Assembly (NCBI GenBank): GCA_010909165.1
Contig: MU008162.1
Coordinates: 868,001-932,000 of the forward strand
Direction of reading: 5' to 3'
Origin: Anthoceros angustus
Lineage: Eukaryota; Plantae; Anthocerotophyta
DNA: 64,000 bases
Below, one piece after another: positions 1 to 13,002 of the stretch. Numbering within the stretch: the first letter of the stretch is position 1; each line of letters begins with the position of its first letter. The position numbers and the translations under genes are program-made. Under the pieces are notes generated by a model, which made no database searches, had not been told where the DNA came from, and worked only from the letters and a program-made list of their open reading frames with translations.

Positions 1-40
1 TTTCACCCATCCCGGCAAACCATCAGACACGCAGTCTCAC

Positions 41-472
41 CTTCAAAATATACTCCAACGCATTGGTAAGGCCCCCGAGCCACCCCCCATCGTCCTTCTG
101 AACAGCACCATCCACCGCCACAGTCGCGTCCGCTAACGTATACAATACACCCTCGACCCTAGACAACACATGTTGCACAGAGCCGCCCTGCGTGAGGAGA
201 CCTACAGCTGCATCTACCTGCTCCGGATCCGGGAGCTGCCCCAGGTGAGCCCTAACCATTGTCCCCCGCCTCACTCGCCTGGAATTCCCCAGCGGATTCC
301 ACCGCTGCTGCCACAGCAACGGGGAGCTCCTCAGCCCCATCCCGGCCTCCACCCGGGGCAAAAAAAGGCTCGCCCTGGCCCCCCTCCCTGCCGCCGCAGC
401 AGCAGCCGGGGCCGCAGAGGCGCAACAGGAGCTCAAGGAGGCCATCGTGCTGCTGCTGCTGGTGCTCATCAT
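41..472 (-). CDS. ALB3: ALBINO3/PPF-1 (YidC/Oxa1 family) thylakoid insertase, first exon; gene continues off the left edge
   Basis: Ser/Ala-rich transit peptide from ATGATG at 472. It is followed by the ALB3 N-terminal motif VLSRVEGVLYTLADA...DDGGWLGGLTNALEYILK and a donor AAG|GTGAGA at 41/40. Confidence 0.88.
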
Positions 473-1029
473 CTCCGCTGCTGCTGCCGCTGCCGCTGCT
501 CGGCTGCCAGGCAACCTCGCAACGCCCCTTGCTGTATCTCCCCTATCTACTCCCTCACATCACACAAAACATCCTACCCGCATTCACCCAATCTCCTACA
601 AAATCCTGCACACCCCGACAATGCAGTGGACCACGCCGGCCCCTGGATTCGTAATTCCCACGCCCCGGGCGCGATGCTGCTCCCGCTCCCCCTCCACCCG
701 GGCCCTGAATTCCTTCACGCTCCAATGCGGATTCCAGCGCGTAGGGATGTATTCCGTCCAAATCCCAGCCTTGTTCGGCTCCACAGGGTTTGGAAGCTGG
801 GCGGGAGCATACGTGACCAGATATTCCAGTCCCACGTGGACCCCCTTACCCATCGCCCGGACGGCGGACACCACCTCCAATCTGCTCCTGTCAAATTCCG
901 CCGTTTTATTAGCATTCCCTCACATTATTATATCCGGCACTTCAAACAATTTCCAGTCTTTGCCACCTTTGTTCGAGCCCCGCAAGCTGCCTCGACAAAT
1001 CTAACTTATCTAGGGATACTCTCCGTCCA

Positions 1030-1115
1030 ATATGTATCTACATATGTTTCAGGATAGGTACTCTCTTTGCTGTATTTGAGAGAGTACCCCTATATAAGTT
1101 GTATGTAGATACAAA
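1030..1115. repeat. Small hairpin (MITE-like inverted repeat)
   Basis: Nested inverted arms TGTATCTACATA/TATGTAGATACA and GGTACTCTCT/AGAGAGTACC. Confidence 0.55.
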
Positions 1116-1247
1116 TTAAACATATTTTGCATCTCGTGAAAGTCGAGCTTGCTCACTCACAACCAACGAACTTCGCCCAAACACGCAAAATCCTAGCCCA
1201 CCTCTAAAGCAACGAAGTGATCAAAAAAGAGTACTGAACGACTCAGC

Positions 1248-3166
1248 GCTTTGAGGTTAACCTCAGGTTAACTCATCTTAAGCTCGGGCCTTTGTTGGCT
1301 GCTGTTTATTGTTGCAATAGCTTCCAGGTAGCAGACTCCCTTCATGCGCTCATCATAAGAGGCAAGCCAAAGTGCGAGACCGTCGCCCGGATCAATACAA
1401 TTCTTAGCGTAGCGCCTAACTTGAAGGCTAAGTTTTAAACTTGCCACGATAGTGACTTTAAGTTTCGGAAGCAAGGTGTGGATGTTCAGAACAACATGCT
1501 GGTGATGGGCTTGAAGGAGAAGTTAGGAGGGCCAAATGTGCTTATCGAATGGTTTGGGATGGCTCACAATGAGAATGACAGCTTCTCCTTCGAAGCCTCG
1601 ACAAATTGTTGTCATAGGAGTGGAGAAATGTAGATAATCTCATCTACAAGATCTATGGCCGGAGGCCAACCACCTTTCCAACTTTTTGCAGGCGATGCAC
1701 CTTGAATCTAAAAATTTCACAAAATTAGAGGAGAGTCCCTCTACATTGCCTATCCAATAAGCTCACCCTTGCCACATATGGAAGACTCTAGCATTGGGAG
1801 TGCCGAAACTAATCTCCCCAAGTTTCCTGGCCAATATACGGTTCCACTCATGGTTATTTAAAACACATGCACTTTTTCGGTAGCTTTGAGGTTAACCTCA
1901 GTTAACTCATCATCTTAAGCTCGGGCCTTTGTTGGCTGCTGTTTATTGTTGCAATAGCTTCCAGGTAGCAGACTCCCTTCATGCAGGCTCGCAGTCATAA
2001 GAGGCAAGCCAAGGCTGTGCGAGACCAAGCTGCCCAGATCAATACAATTCTTAGCGTAGCGCCTAACTTGAAGGCTAAGTTTTAAACTTGCCACGATAGT
2101 GACTTTAAGTTTCGGAAGCAAGGTGTGGATGTTCAGAACAACATGCTGGTGATGGGCTTGAAGGAGAAGTTAGGAGGGCCAAATGTGCTTATCGAATGGT
2201 TTGGGATGGCTCACAATGAGAATGACTTCTCCTTCAAGCCTCGACAAATTGTTGTCATAGGAGTGGAGAAATGTAGATAATCTCATCTACAAGATCTATG
2301 GCGAGGCCAACCACCTTCCAACTTTTGCGGGCGATGCACCTTGAATCTAAAAATTTCACAAAATTAGAGGAGAGTCCCTCTACATTGCCTATCAATAAGC
2401 TCACCCTTGCCACATATGGAAGACTCTAGCATTGGGAGTGCCAAACTAATCTCCCAAGTTTCACAGCCAATATCGGTTCCACTCATGGTTATTTAAAACA
2501 CATGCACTTTTTCGGTAGCTTTGAGGTTAACCTCAGGTTAACTCATCTTAAGCTCGGGCCTTTGTTGGCTGCTGTTTATTGTTGCAATAGCTTCCAGGTA
2601 GCAGACTCCCTTCATGCAGGCTCGCAGTCATAAGAGGCAAGCCAAAGTGTGCGAGACCAAGCGCCCGGATCAATACAATTCTTAGCGTGGCGCCTAACTT
2701 GAAGGCTAAGTTTTAAACTTGCCACGATAGTGACTTTAAGTTTCGGAAGCAAGGTGTGGATGTTCAGAACAACATGCTGGTGATGGGCTTGAAGGAGAAG
2801 TTAGGAGGGCCAAATGTGCTTATCGAATGGTTTGGGATGGCTCACAATGAGAATGACAGCTTCTCCTTCGAAGCCTCGACAAATTGTTGTCATAGGAGTG
2901 GAGAAATGTAGATAATCTCATCTACAAGATCTATGGCCGGAGGCCAACCACCTTTCCAACTTTTTGCAGGCGATGCACCTTGAATCTAAAAATTTCACAA
3001 AATTAGAGGAGAGTCCCCTCTACATTGCCTATCCAATAAGCTCACCCTTGCCACATATGGAAGACTCTAGCATTGGGAGTGCCGAAACTAATCTCCCCAA
3101 GTTTCCTGGCCAATATACGGTTCCACTCATGGTTATTTAAAACACATGCACTTTTTTCAGGTAGCT
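1248..3166. repeat. Tandem triplication of a ~635-bp unit (starts ~1248, ~1883, ~2518)
   Basis: Each unit begins GCTTTGAGGTTAACCTCAG and ends AAACACATGCACTTTTTC..GTAGCT. Copies are near identical apart from small indels. The same ORF start, MLPKLKVTIVASLK, appears twice in the ORF track. Confidence 0.95.
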
Positions 3167-4864
3167 CTTCACCCATTGATCCCTAAGACATGGACATGTT
3201 TACCATGACAAAACTACGGGCATGCACATCTAAATTGTGCTTCTACAAGAAAAGAACATTGAGTCCTCTTACAATTATGGCGTACCGATATGAGCAGCGG
3301 GTTTTTAGGGTGGTGGACATAACATAAGTTAAGGCGAGAAGACTTGTTATGTCTCATACCTAACATGTGTGATACAAGAATCTTTATGTCTATGATACAA
3401 CATTTTTTGTGTCTTGGGGTTAGGGTTTGGTGCAGGTTAGGCTTAGGCTTTGGTGCAAGATGCACCCAAGGGATGGAGCCACATGAATGCTTTGAATTTT
3501 TTATGGAATAGTGAGCTGTTCAGCACGGTTCTCTTGAGGAATGTCTTTCAACGTTCCCTCTTATTGTTTGGGGCAGATTATTCCACAAGCAGTTTGTTCT
3601 AAGTATACTTTGGTTGTTGGAGCAGCAAAGGCACCTGTAGCATGTCTCCTTTGTATCTTTCCATAGCACAATGTAAGGTTTTTCAATAAGATGAGCCTTC
3701 GAGATACAATGAACCTGGTAATGAGCAGAGGCCATAGCCTGTTGCCTGTTTATGCTGGCTAGCCCATAAACATCATTGGTCTCATTGTGGTTTGTCACCG
3801 GGCGGGCGCCGCCCACGATTCTCGACAGGGCAAACGCCGCCCACGAGTCGAGAGCGGGTGCAAAGTTAAAGCGAGGGACCACGGACATGTCCATAAAACA
3901 TGTTCATAGTTATGTCCATAGAACATCTTCATAGTCATGTCCATAAGATATTTGTCTGTGTCCATGATATCCATCAAAAACCATAAATAGCAAGAAAGAA
4001 AAAGTAGATGACAAGACTGGACCGCCTATGGCCAACTTGTGTGATAAGAAACGTTTTTGACGCATATGGCCGTCTCGAGGTCATGTGCCATGATACAATA
4101 CCATAGAATCTAAAAGATTCCAGGGCATTGATGCGTAGAATATACTGGAAAATTATGTTCACATACACATCTAGCGCCCTAACGAGAATGATACGCCATA
4201 CCTATCGTAAGTAGCGTTTCCTACCTATCTGTCTACTAGCAAACTTAAAGTTCAGTTGTCTACCACCCCACTAGACCTCGGCAACTGTGCACCCTATCCG
4301 TACTCTGTTGCCCCCTCGCCATGCATCTTCCATTCCATTGGCTCTACACTACGCGTTGTCGTGGGCGCGTCCCTCTCCCCACCACAAAAAGGCTCCCTCT
4401 ACTACTTGCCCATCAGCACCCTGCCCTAGGGGTTGCCTAGCACTGCCTGCGGCCCATCATGGCCCTGTCACCTCTCCACTCCCAGTCCTGTGAATGGGAC
4501 CATAAGCATACCCGTCAAGGGGCCGGAGGTGTCACAATGTTAATATGTCTCTACACTTACTACTCCGACATGTCTTTAATCCTCTATTAGTTACATCCAA
4601 ACTTTACGGACAAGATACTTACAGGGTATAAGCGTATTTTCTTCACTTCTAAAAAAAGGCACATGTGTGCGTATTCTTACAAGTTCACTGGTCCTATGTT
4701 GTTGTCATGCTTCAAAGAGTCTTGCTTCTGAATATCTTAGATTCAGCAAAGCTTCTTATAACTATATCTTATTTATATTTGTATTTCTAGTGGAGAGGCC
4801 AGCCCCTATATTGATATATGCACATATTCTTATAAGTGCACAACTAATGCTTACTTGAGCGCAT

Positions 4865-5140
4865 CGTCCCCGTCGTATGCATCAAGGCTAATGGCTATCA
4901 TCCACTCTTAATGGTGGCTCACAACATACAAGGTTGATGAGGGAACCAAACTTTGTTGGCCCTCTCTCTCAGTATGAGTGGGTGATCACATTCTTAGCCC
5001 TTATTTGATGCTTTCTCTTGACCGCTTCCTCCCTGTCGTACACATTGAGGCTACTCATCATCATCCACTCTTAATGGTGGCTCATAACATCTAAGATAGA
5101 TGAGGGAACCAAACTTTGTTGGCCCTCTCCCTCAGTATAA
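4865..5140. repeat. Diverged direct duplication (~165-bp period)
   Basis: ATCCACTCTTAATGGTGGCTCA...GATGAGGGAACCAAACTTTGTTGGCCCTCTC occurs at ~4900-4975 and ~5063-5138. Confidence 0.8.
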
Positions 5141-5259
5141 GTCGAAAACATTCTATGCACTCTAAGGTCTCTTTTCCGAAGTCGCTCCAGCTGGGATGCT
5201 CTTTTTCCTCACTCGCTTAAGTTCAGCATCTTGCTTGGCAATTCTTTCCAGCAGCTATA

Positions 5260-6340
5260 GTAATTAGATTAATTAACACTAATCAAACAGCAAACCCAAA
5301 CACTCATATTAGTGTCACACGGCAGGACAGCTGTCGTACGAGGTAAGCACTTGAATCATATAAGCACTTTGTCTAATATACAACCAAGCAAAACGAATGT
5401 AATATGCAAATATTACAGCAAAGGATCGCAAACACACGATCTTTAAGTAAGTAATTAATATTAGTTATTCTAAAGTGCTTATGTTGAATAAGCATTGATT
5501 AGTGTTAATTAAAATTTGTTAGCAATAACTAAGTGGATAAGCACAAGTTATATGCTTTAGCATATTCCTTACATATTATAGTGTATTCTTAGGATATATT
5601 TATGGCATATGTTGTAACAAGAGTGTTGTAACAACAAGAGAGAGTAGCTTGCACGTCGTGGCACAAACACACTCTCCCCACGAGAACAACAGGCAAATTC
5701 CTCACACATCGCTCTCGGAGTCATAGCTTTGGCCTCCTCACAACACTCTTGCATTACATATCTAGAGGACAAACTATGATCCGAGCTGTCCTCTATGAAA
5801 GGGTCTATATATACTAGCCCTTGGCTCGGCATATTCCTTACATATTATAGTGTATTCTTAGGATATATTTATGGCATATGTTGTAACAAGAGTGTTGTAA
5901 CAACAAGAGAGAGTAGCTTGCACGTCGTGGCACAAACACACTCTCCCCACGAGAACAACAGGCAAATTCCTCACACATCGCTCTCGGAGTCATAGCTTTG
6001 GCCTCCTCACAACACTCTTGCATTACATATCTAGAGGACAAACTATGATCTGAGCTTGTCCTCTATGAAAGGGTCTATATATACTAGCCCTTGGCTCCGG
6101 CATATTCCTAAGATATCCTATTGGCATCAGCATATGCTGGAAATATCCTAAGAATATACTATAATATGCAAGCAATATGCTACTTGTGCTTATCCACTTA
6201 GCTATTGCTACCAATGTTTAATTAACACTGATCAAAACTTAACTTTGGATTAATAAATACTAATTCATTACTTAAAGATAAGCAATTACATTAATTAACA
6301 CTAATCAAACACTAAACCCAAATGCTCATATTATTGTCAC
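5260..6340. mobile_element. AT-rich foldback/LTR-like repeat with long inverted arms and an internal ~270-bp tandem duplication
   Basis: 5440-5600 is the reverse complement of 6140-6280. 5561-5829 is duplicated at 5830-6105. A direct repeat TTAATTAACACTAATCAAAC...CTCATATTA.TGTCAC lies at ~5270 and ~6291. Confidence 0.6.
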
Positions 6341-6689
6341 GCAGTAAGCGGCGGTAGACTTGTGAGCATCCGGATCTCTTGCCCAGTATGTACCCTTAAA
6401 GCTTTGTATATGTCACTCTGACCTATACGTAAAAGTTCTCCAATATAGAATGATGGCTAACTTCGCGCTTACTTTTGTCCTATTAGTCCATCGACTAATT
6501 CAGCAGTATGCCTTCTATTTTCCCATTATTTGGTGTAGCCTACATACCCTGTATGAATTTTTATAGTGTTTGTGCCAAAGTTCTCCTCCGTCCAAATTTC
6601 TCCTGATTTTTTTCTTCTTTATAATAATATTCTAAGTTAACTTGACAAAGTGAATTTTGCATAATGGTATATAGATTTCTTTGCCTCTT

Positions 6690-7025
6690 ATGGACACTCT
6701 TGGTAGTCCCTTAACTGTCCTGTGGAATAATGGGGCATCTTTTTTCCCACAGATTCCAAACTTCGCTGTTAATTTGAGTGCGATATGGGCGAATGATATA
6801 GTCCTAAGTAATGGCCGAAATGACTAGGCTAAGCAATCACCATCCAAACCAGCAACCACAATCTTCTTCCCTACATTAACTTCCTTTTCACAAAACTCTC
6901 TATACTTGCGAAAAAATAAGCCTCATCCACTCTTATCACCTCCACATCGTCTTCCCACTAAACATGGATCCAAGAATGATACGAATTTCTTCACACAATC
7001 CATCATCGCACTCATGCCTTGGTCA
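6690..7025 (-). mobile_element. Possible highly degenerate PIF/Harbinger transposase remnant
   Basis: Minus-strand fragments GMSAMMDCVKKF and KRCP loosely resemble the plant Harbinger GESTAIECLKKF and WKNCP motifs. Weak evidence. Confidence 0.2.
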
Positions 7026-9836
7026 AGCCATTAGTGATGTTATATAATCATAGCAAAAGCAGATTCTTTTGATAGTGACAACGATGTCCTTTGCTGATCT
7101 AGCTATGTTTTAAAAATACTTCTGTGACTTGTTTTGATACAAACATCACACAAACACACAAGAATCATTCTCAATGTTAAGCTTATAAATAACTTCTCAT
7201 TGGTAAACTGTTCTTCTTCCAAACCTTTAGGTTCCTACGCCAACTGTCTAGTCCCACAACACAGAGCTGTGTCTTTTACGTGCACTTTTTACAATTAGCA
7301 TTAATCCTGCATCTTAACCACTCTCTTAATAAGATTAACCACCTTTCATAAAGCCTCTCAATCTGTCAGGCTTATTCTGATAAAATTAAACATGGCTTGT
7401 CAATGACGCCTCAAGTCATGACACTGTCCAGGTTCTGACTCCACCCTACGAGACTGTATGCACCAATTTCCCTTGTGCGAGACTTTGTCTTTTTATTATA
7501 AAATAGATAATCTCGCTCTAAAGACCGCAAGACTATAAAACGTGAGGTCATCTTTCAGTAAAGTTTGGTCATCGTTCAAAGGATCATGAATGAGGTAGAC
7601 TTTTAGCAAAAGTGTATACAACATAAACATATAATAGCCAGCAGCAACATTACTTATGGCTATTGTAGGCACTCACAAAATTTCCCTTGTCACATTAATA
7701 ATGCAGATATTGTTTGGCAACAAGGCAGGTGAGCTGCACCGAGATTGATCAAATACATATGAGAACAAAACATTGTAGAAAACAGAACGAGGGCAAAGAC
7801 TAGCTCTCTTGCTTGTCCATTGATTGTAGAAGCGAGAACTCTCTTATAGTTAGAATTTCACATAAAAATCTAGTTTGTTGTAAATGGGGCTGCTAGACCA
7901 AGACTGGCAGTCTCATGATTTCCAAAAAGATCCTGGCGAACGAGCTTGCACGCCTAATTTCAACTACATGTTGGAAGTAAGATAGATGCCTCACAACATC
8001 ACCAAACTACTTTTTCTTTCACAAGACTATTGATCCATTATTCAGAGGTAATATGTTAATATTAAACTAGGATAATTAAAATATTATAATTAAAATATAA
8101 ATTAATTTATTAAAATAATAAAAATAGAAAAAGTAAAAGAGAATCCATATAGAACAAGGCAAGGAGATCCATCAAGTGTCTATCTGAGGATGTCGACAAG
8201 AATCATATACGACCAGCTCATCTAACAAATTGAATAGTGGATATTTTTGATTTATCAGATAAATTATAATATAAAGTATTTAGGTAATGATTTCAAAAAC
8301 ATTCACGATGACTAGGCAGGTACTATGGGATATGAAGCTATGGATAGTACCCGCTGGATATGTCACCCGACGTCAAGCACTAAAATCCGGGAGTCCTCAC
8401 GCCATCCCTGGTATATGCGAACAAGCGCAGGCGGGGCAGCAACGCAGCAGCTGCACAGCCGGCAATCAAGTTAGTGACATGTTTAACAACGACAGAAAGG
8501 AAGCGTACTTGTCGTGGGTAAATGAAAGCATCCCACGAGGGAGGCTAGAAATTTGGGAGTCACATTTCCCGAATGTTCCACAGATGGCGTGACATCTGGC
8601 AGCGGGGCGACTGGAGGATATAACCGGTGCAGGGAATTGTGGAGAATGGAATCGAAGTGGAGCTGGCTGGCGGATCGGGGATCGTGGAGCTGACGGATGT
8701 GGTAGCAGGGATTTTCATGGCACAGTAGCTGCAGTTAGGTCAATTTTGCGAGGAGGGGCTGGTGATGGCGAGGCTGCGGAGTCTAGGGCTTGGAATGTCT
8801 GGATGTATGTGGAGGACGGGGAGGATGAAGTGGATCCTCGTGAGCGGAAGCTTGCAAGATGGATTCGATGCGGGTTGAGTTGGAGGCTTTGTTCAAGGTC
8901 ATTTTTGTGATGGACGTGTTTGGAAACCTGTGCAACAAGGTGGAAAGGTTGTAAACTGGAAGACACTGCAGGAGAATCCACCGTGGCATCTGAAAGGCGT
9001 GGAAGGAGGATGAAGCGGTAAGGATTATTTCTGTTTTGGCGTTTCTGGCATGTTGATGCATGTGATTCCAAATTTCGTGGTGCGGTGCCAGGGGGTAGAA
9101 GATGGACGGAAAGTTCGAGTCCGCACCTCGACGAGTTGAGGCCATCATTTGCTCGGTGCTCGGCTTTCGATGAGATGGCTGCAACGGCATGTGCTGTTTG
9201 CAGTGGTGTGCCATCATTTGCTGTTTACCGAGGATGAAAACCGCAGGAAGAATTGCTAGCCCTGATACACATGTCAGAAGCCTGCGAAGGCTACAAGTCG
9301 GATGACTAGGAAAAATGTCTTCTAGAAGCTTTTATTTGCAGAACTGACTTTGTGAATTTCACTGACTTTGTGAATTTCAAGACTGACAATGTCAGTGCAG
9401 AAGGACACTGGAGAACTGGCGAAAGCTTTGCATGTGGTGAGCTTGAAAAGGGCAACTTGCGGAAAGTCGAAGGCATCGCACGCCTGCCAAGGCTTCCGAC
9501 AAGAGTCCCTGAAAGTTGGACCTTTATGGAGATGTCTGTCTGTCGTGATGGAGATGTTTCGTAGCTTAATGGGAAGTCGAGCTATGCAGAGAGTGCCGGA
9601 TTCGACTTAGCGGGGAGAAAGTTTTGTATCGTGTAACCATATTCGTTTTAGATATATTGAGTGATTCATTCTGTGAGACTGCCTATCCGCAAGCCAGGAA
9701 GAAAGCGCTTGCTGCGACTACTGCTAAGTGAAAAGAATACCGTCCAACTCTGGCTACATTTGTACGCGGTCAAACCAACTCCTGCTGTGTGTCTGCGCGA
9801 TGTGCTATGTACTCAGCTTCAAGTCATCCAACCAAG

Positions 9837-10710
9837 CTAAAAAAGAGGTGCACGGGAGACCTGCTCCATGAACATGCCGAGGAGGTCGTCATCGCGATGG
9901 GCCATCAAACCACCATCCAACTTTGCACTGAAAATCGAATCCACAGCTCTCTCGTCCTTGAGTTTCATATCACTGTCCGCAGTCGACTGCTCGCTCAGCG
10001 ATATGGCACCTGAAGTATCGACAGATAGTCTGCCACTGTAAGGGACTCCTTGCCCCAAGAATCCTTGCCCTCGCACGTATCCTGTATTCAACTCTTGAGA
10101 AGGAGCATTCATCTGGCCATATCTTTGATGAGGCCCATTCATAACAGGGCTCAAAGGCTGGGAGAAATCAGGCCCGCCGAGGCTCGGGCCATGGCTCTGC
10201 CAGTTTGGCCTGCTGTTGGAGTTCAAGGACTGCCCGAGTCCTCGACTCAAATTTCCAAGGGGTGTGAAGTTGGTGCCAGTGTTCCCCCTGACTACTGGCT
10301 TGCTGGCGAGGCAGTCGGTAATGCTCCCGAGCCCACCATTCAAGTCCTTCATCGCCGAGGGGCTAACCAGCCCGACGGGAGAGGACGGCACGCTGCTCAC
10401 ACAGGGAAATGGCTGCTGCCCACCACCCAACTTGCCCTCGATGCTTGGTCTCACTAGACCGGAGAGAGTATTTGACATAGCACAGCCTGTGTTGATAGGA
10501 GGCACACCTAGTCCCCTGCTACCAGCCAGGCTCGGGAGGCCAGATCCATCGCCGAGGCAAGCATTGACGGCAGTCATGCTTGGCAGTGGTCCGGCCCGGC
10601 CCAGGTTCATGTCACTTGGTAGCATATGCTGCCCCAGGAGGCCTGCGCCTTGTAGGCTGACATTTGCTCCCACCTCGGAGTGAGAGTTTTGTAGTTGCTG
10701 CTGCTGCTGG

Positions 10711-10742
<32 letters not shown>

Positions 10743-13002
10743 CAGCTGCATCATCAAAGCATTGTTATTTGGATTCGGAGGCATGCTTCCATTCATGCCA
10801 CCTACAGTGCCCATGCCACTTAGCCCGCCGGCAGTTGCCAGCTGATGCTGTAATGCAGCAGTCAGCCCTGCAACATCCTCTAGTGGAGCCTGCCCTCCTA
10901 AGCCCATAGAAATTTGCTGTGGCTGGCAGAGTGGATCCAAGTCTAGTGCATTCGGCATCCCTTGCATGTGCATGTTTAGCAGGTGCTGGGGCACCCTCCT
11001 TGGCATAAGTCCTGCATTTCCTCCTTGGGACATATGTAGCAACATGGAGGAGTCGAGACCACCTAGCCCCATGCCATTTGGGCCGGGGTTCATCCTACCC
11101 AACACATTCACCTGCAACGCTGCAAGTGCCTGAGGCGTCAACTGACCAGCTGCTGCAAGAGCACGTAGCTCACCGACTCCATCCAGCGAAGCCATTGATC
11201 CGAATGGATCCGCTGGACCTCCATATGGATTGCCCTGTGGGTGGGTGACTCCGCTAAGTCGCTTCAGGTACAGGCGATACTTCTGCTCGTCACATCATCA
11301 TCAGCCCAAAACAAGGTAAGGGAACAAATCAAGCAGAGTCCCTATGAAAGAAAGGGCTTGGACAGAAGAGTGGGAAGTAACAAGAGACATTAAAAGCATC
11401 GCACCCAAGAATACCTGCAAATGGCTGGCAACATTTTCACGAGTCAGACCATGAACACTCATGAGCTCGAGAATGCGTTTCGGGACAGCTTCTGCAAACA
11501 GAGGCACGAGGTCAGCTAGGGGCTCAACATGAAAATAACATACCTCAAGTCACGCAAGCTTCAAATAGAAGATACGAGCTTTCAAACAGAGGAAAGAGAG
11601 CTTACTATCTATTCCTAATTTGTTAACAGCACTGACAAACTGCTGATGCAGCTCCACAGACCAGACGACTCTCGGCTTCTTCAAAGTAGAGGGGTCATCA
11701 TTGTCCTGCTCGTTGTCATCGTCATCCTCTTTTGCATCCTTCCTCTTCTTCGACAGCTTCCAGTTACCATCAGCAGTATCATTCACAGAGGACGTCAAAT
11801 CACCATCATCAACACCCTTTTTATGCCTGTCATCTTCCAGACTCCCAGACTGTTCGGTGTCTTTATTCTCGTTCCTCTTCTTTCGTACAACATGTTGCCA
11901 AATGTTGCTCAGCTCTGCCTGCCGTACAGGTTTAAGAAGGTAGTCACAGGCTCCGTGAGTGATTCCCTTCATAACTTGAGCTGTTTCTCCGTTTGCAGAC
12001 ATCACTGCAGATCCACAGGCAACCGACAATTAGCTCCTGCAAGGGTGAGGTGACACAAACATAGCATGCATCACCCTCCATGAAACCAAAACAGACACCC
12101 AACCCAGACAAGGACTTACTGATCACCGGAAGATCCATTTCCAGTCCAACAAGCTCCAGCAGCTTGAAACCATCCATGTCCGGCATGTGCACGTCGCTGA
12201 TGACAAGGTCGAATGCATCCTTGTTTGTTCTCAGAAGCTCCAGCGCCTTGGTTGCCAAGGGACAAGTAGTCACTGCAACCAAAAAAAAACCTCTAAACCA
12301 TCAGCCAGCTGAGAGCAGGCAGGAAGAGCAAAACCCACATCACCTTTCCCCACAAGTCCACCAAACAGCAAGTAGACTGCTCACAGCAAAGCAACAACCT
12401 CGCCATGCATGCCACCCACAAACGGACAGACAGACGGACAGACATCCACAAACCAAGCGACTGAAGAAGCCAATGCTGGGTCTCGCTGCCGATGCATGGA
12501 CTGCAATGAGCTGCGGCCTCGTCAAGAGCAGAGGAAGCAGGACCCAAGATTCCCACCTCGGCTTCTGGTTCTGAGGTCTGTCAACCGGGGGCTGATAGAC
12601 ATCAGAACCAAAAACCCAACGACGGAATCACATCAAACTGCTGTGCATGCTGATCACAGTGCACGCACACTCACCTTGGTAGCCACACAGCTTAAGCATC
12701 TGATCAACCACTCTGAGGCAACACATGTCGTCATCCACCACAAGAACGCGGAGGCCGATAGGAAACTGGTCCCCGGGAGCCCCGGAGAGCTCCAGTTTCT
12801 GAGTCCTCCGAGCCTGGGCCTGCGCAGAGCCAGGCGACGGCGCTTGCGAATGCTGCATCGCCCCCTGATGCTGCTGCTGCGGCTGCGGCTGCTGCTGATG
12901 CTGCTGGTGCAAGGAGCTGGGCATTTGAGACCCAGCAATCCCAGGTCCCATCGCGCTCATTCTATCTACAGGGCTGGCGGCAGCGCCGCTCCGTAACGCC
13001 AT
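9837..13002 (-). CDS. RRB: Type-B response regulator (ARR-B; receiver + GARP/Myb-like DNA-binding domain + Q-rich activation domain). Exons ~13002-12675, 12272-12120, 12004-11606, 11491-11415, 11282-9837; the final splice is uncertain
   Basis: Receiver motifs [47 protein letters not shown] and [13 protein letters not shown] motif [16 protein letters not shown]...[17 protein letters not shown]. Canonical GT-AG introns keep the frame. Confidence 0.96.

Noticed and set aside
170-1057. 295-aa plus-strand ORF
   Set aside because: It is an antisense shadow of the GC-rich ALB3 exon and has no domain features.
8560-9620. ORFs and a small hairpin (~9170-9220) downstream of RRB
   Set aside because: No recognisable domain or conserved miRNA; probably 3' UTR or intergenic.
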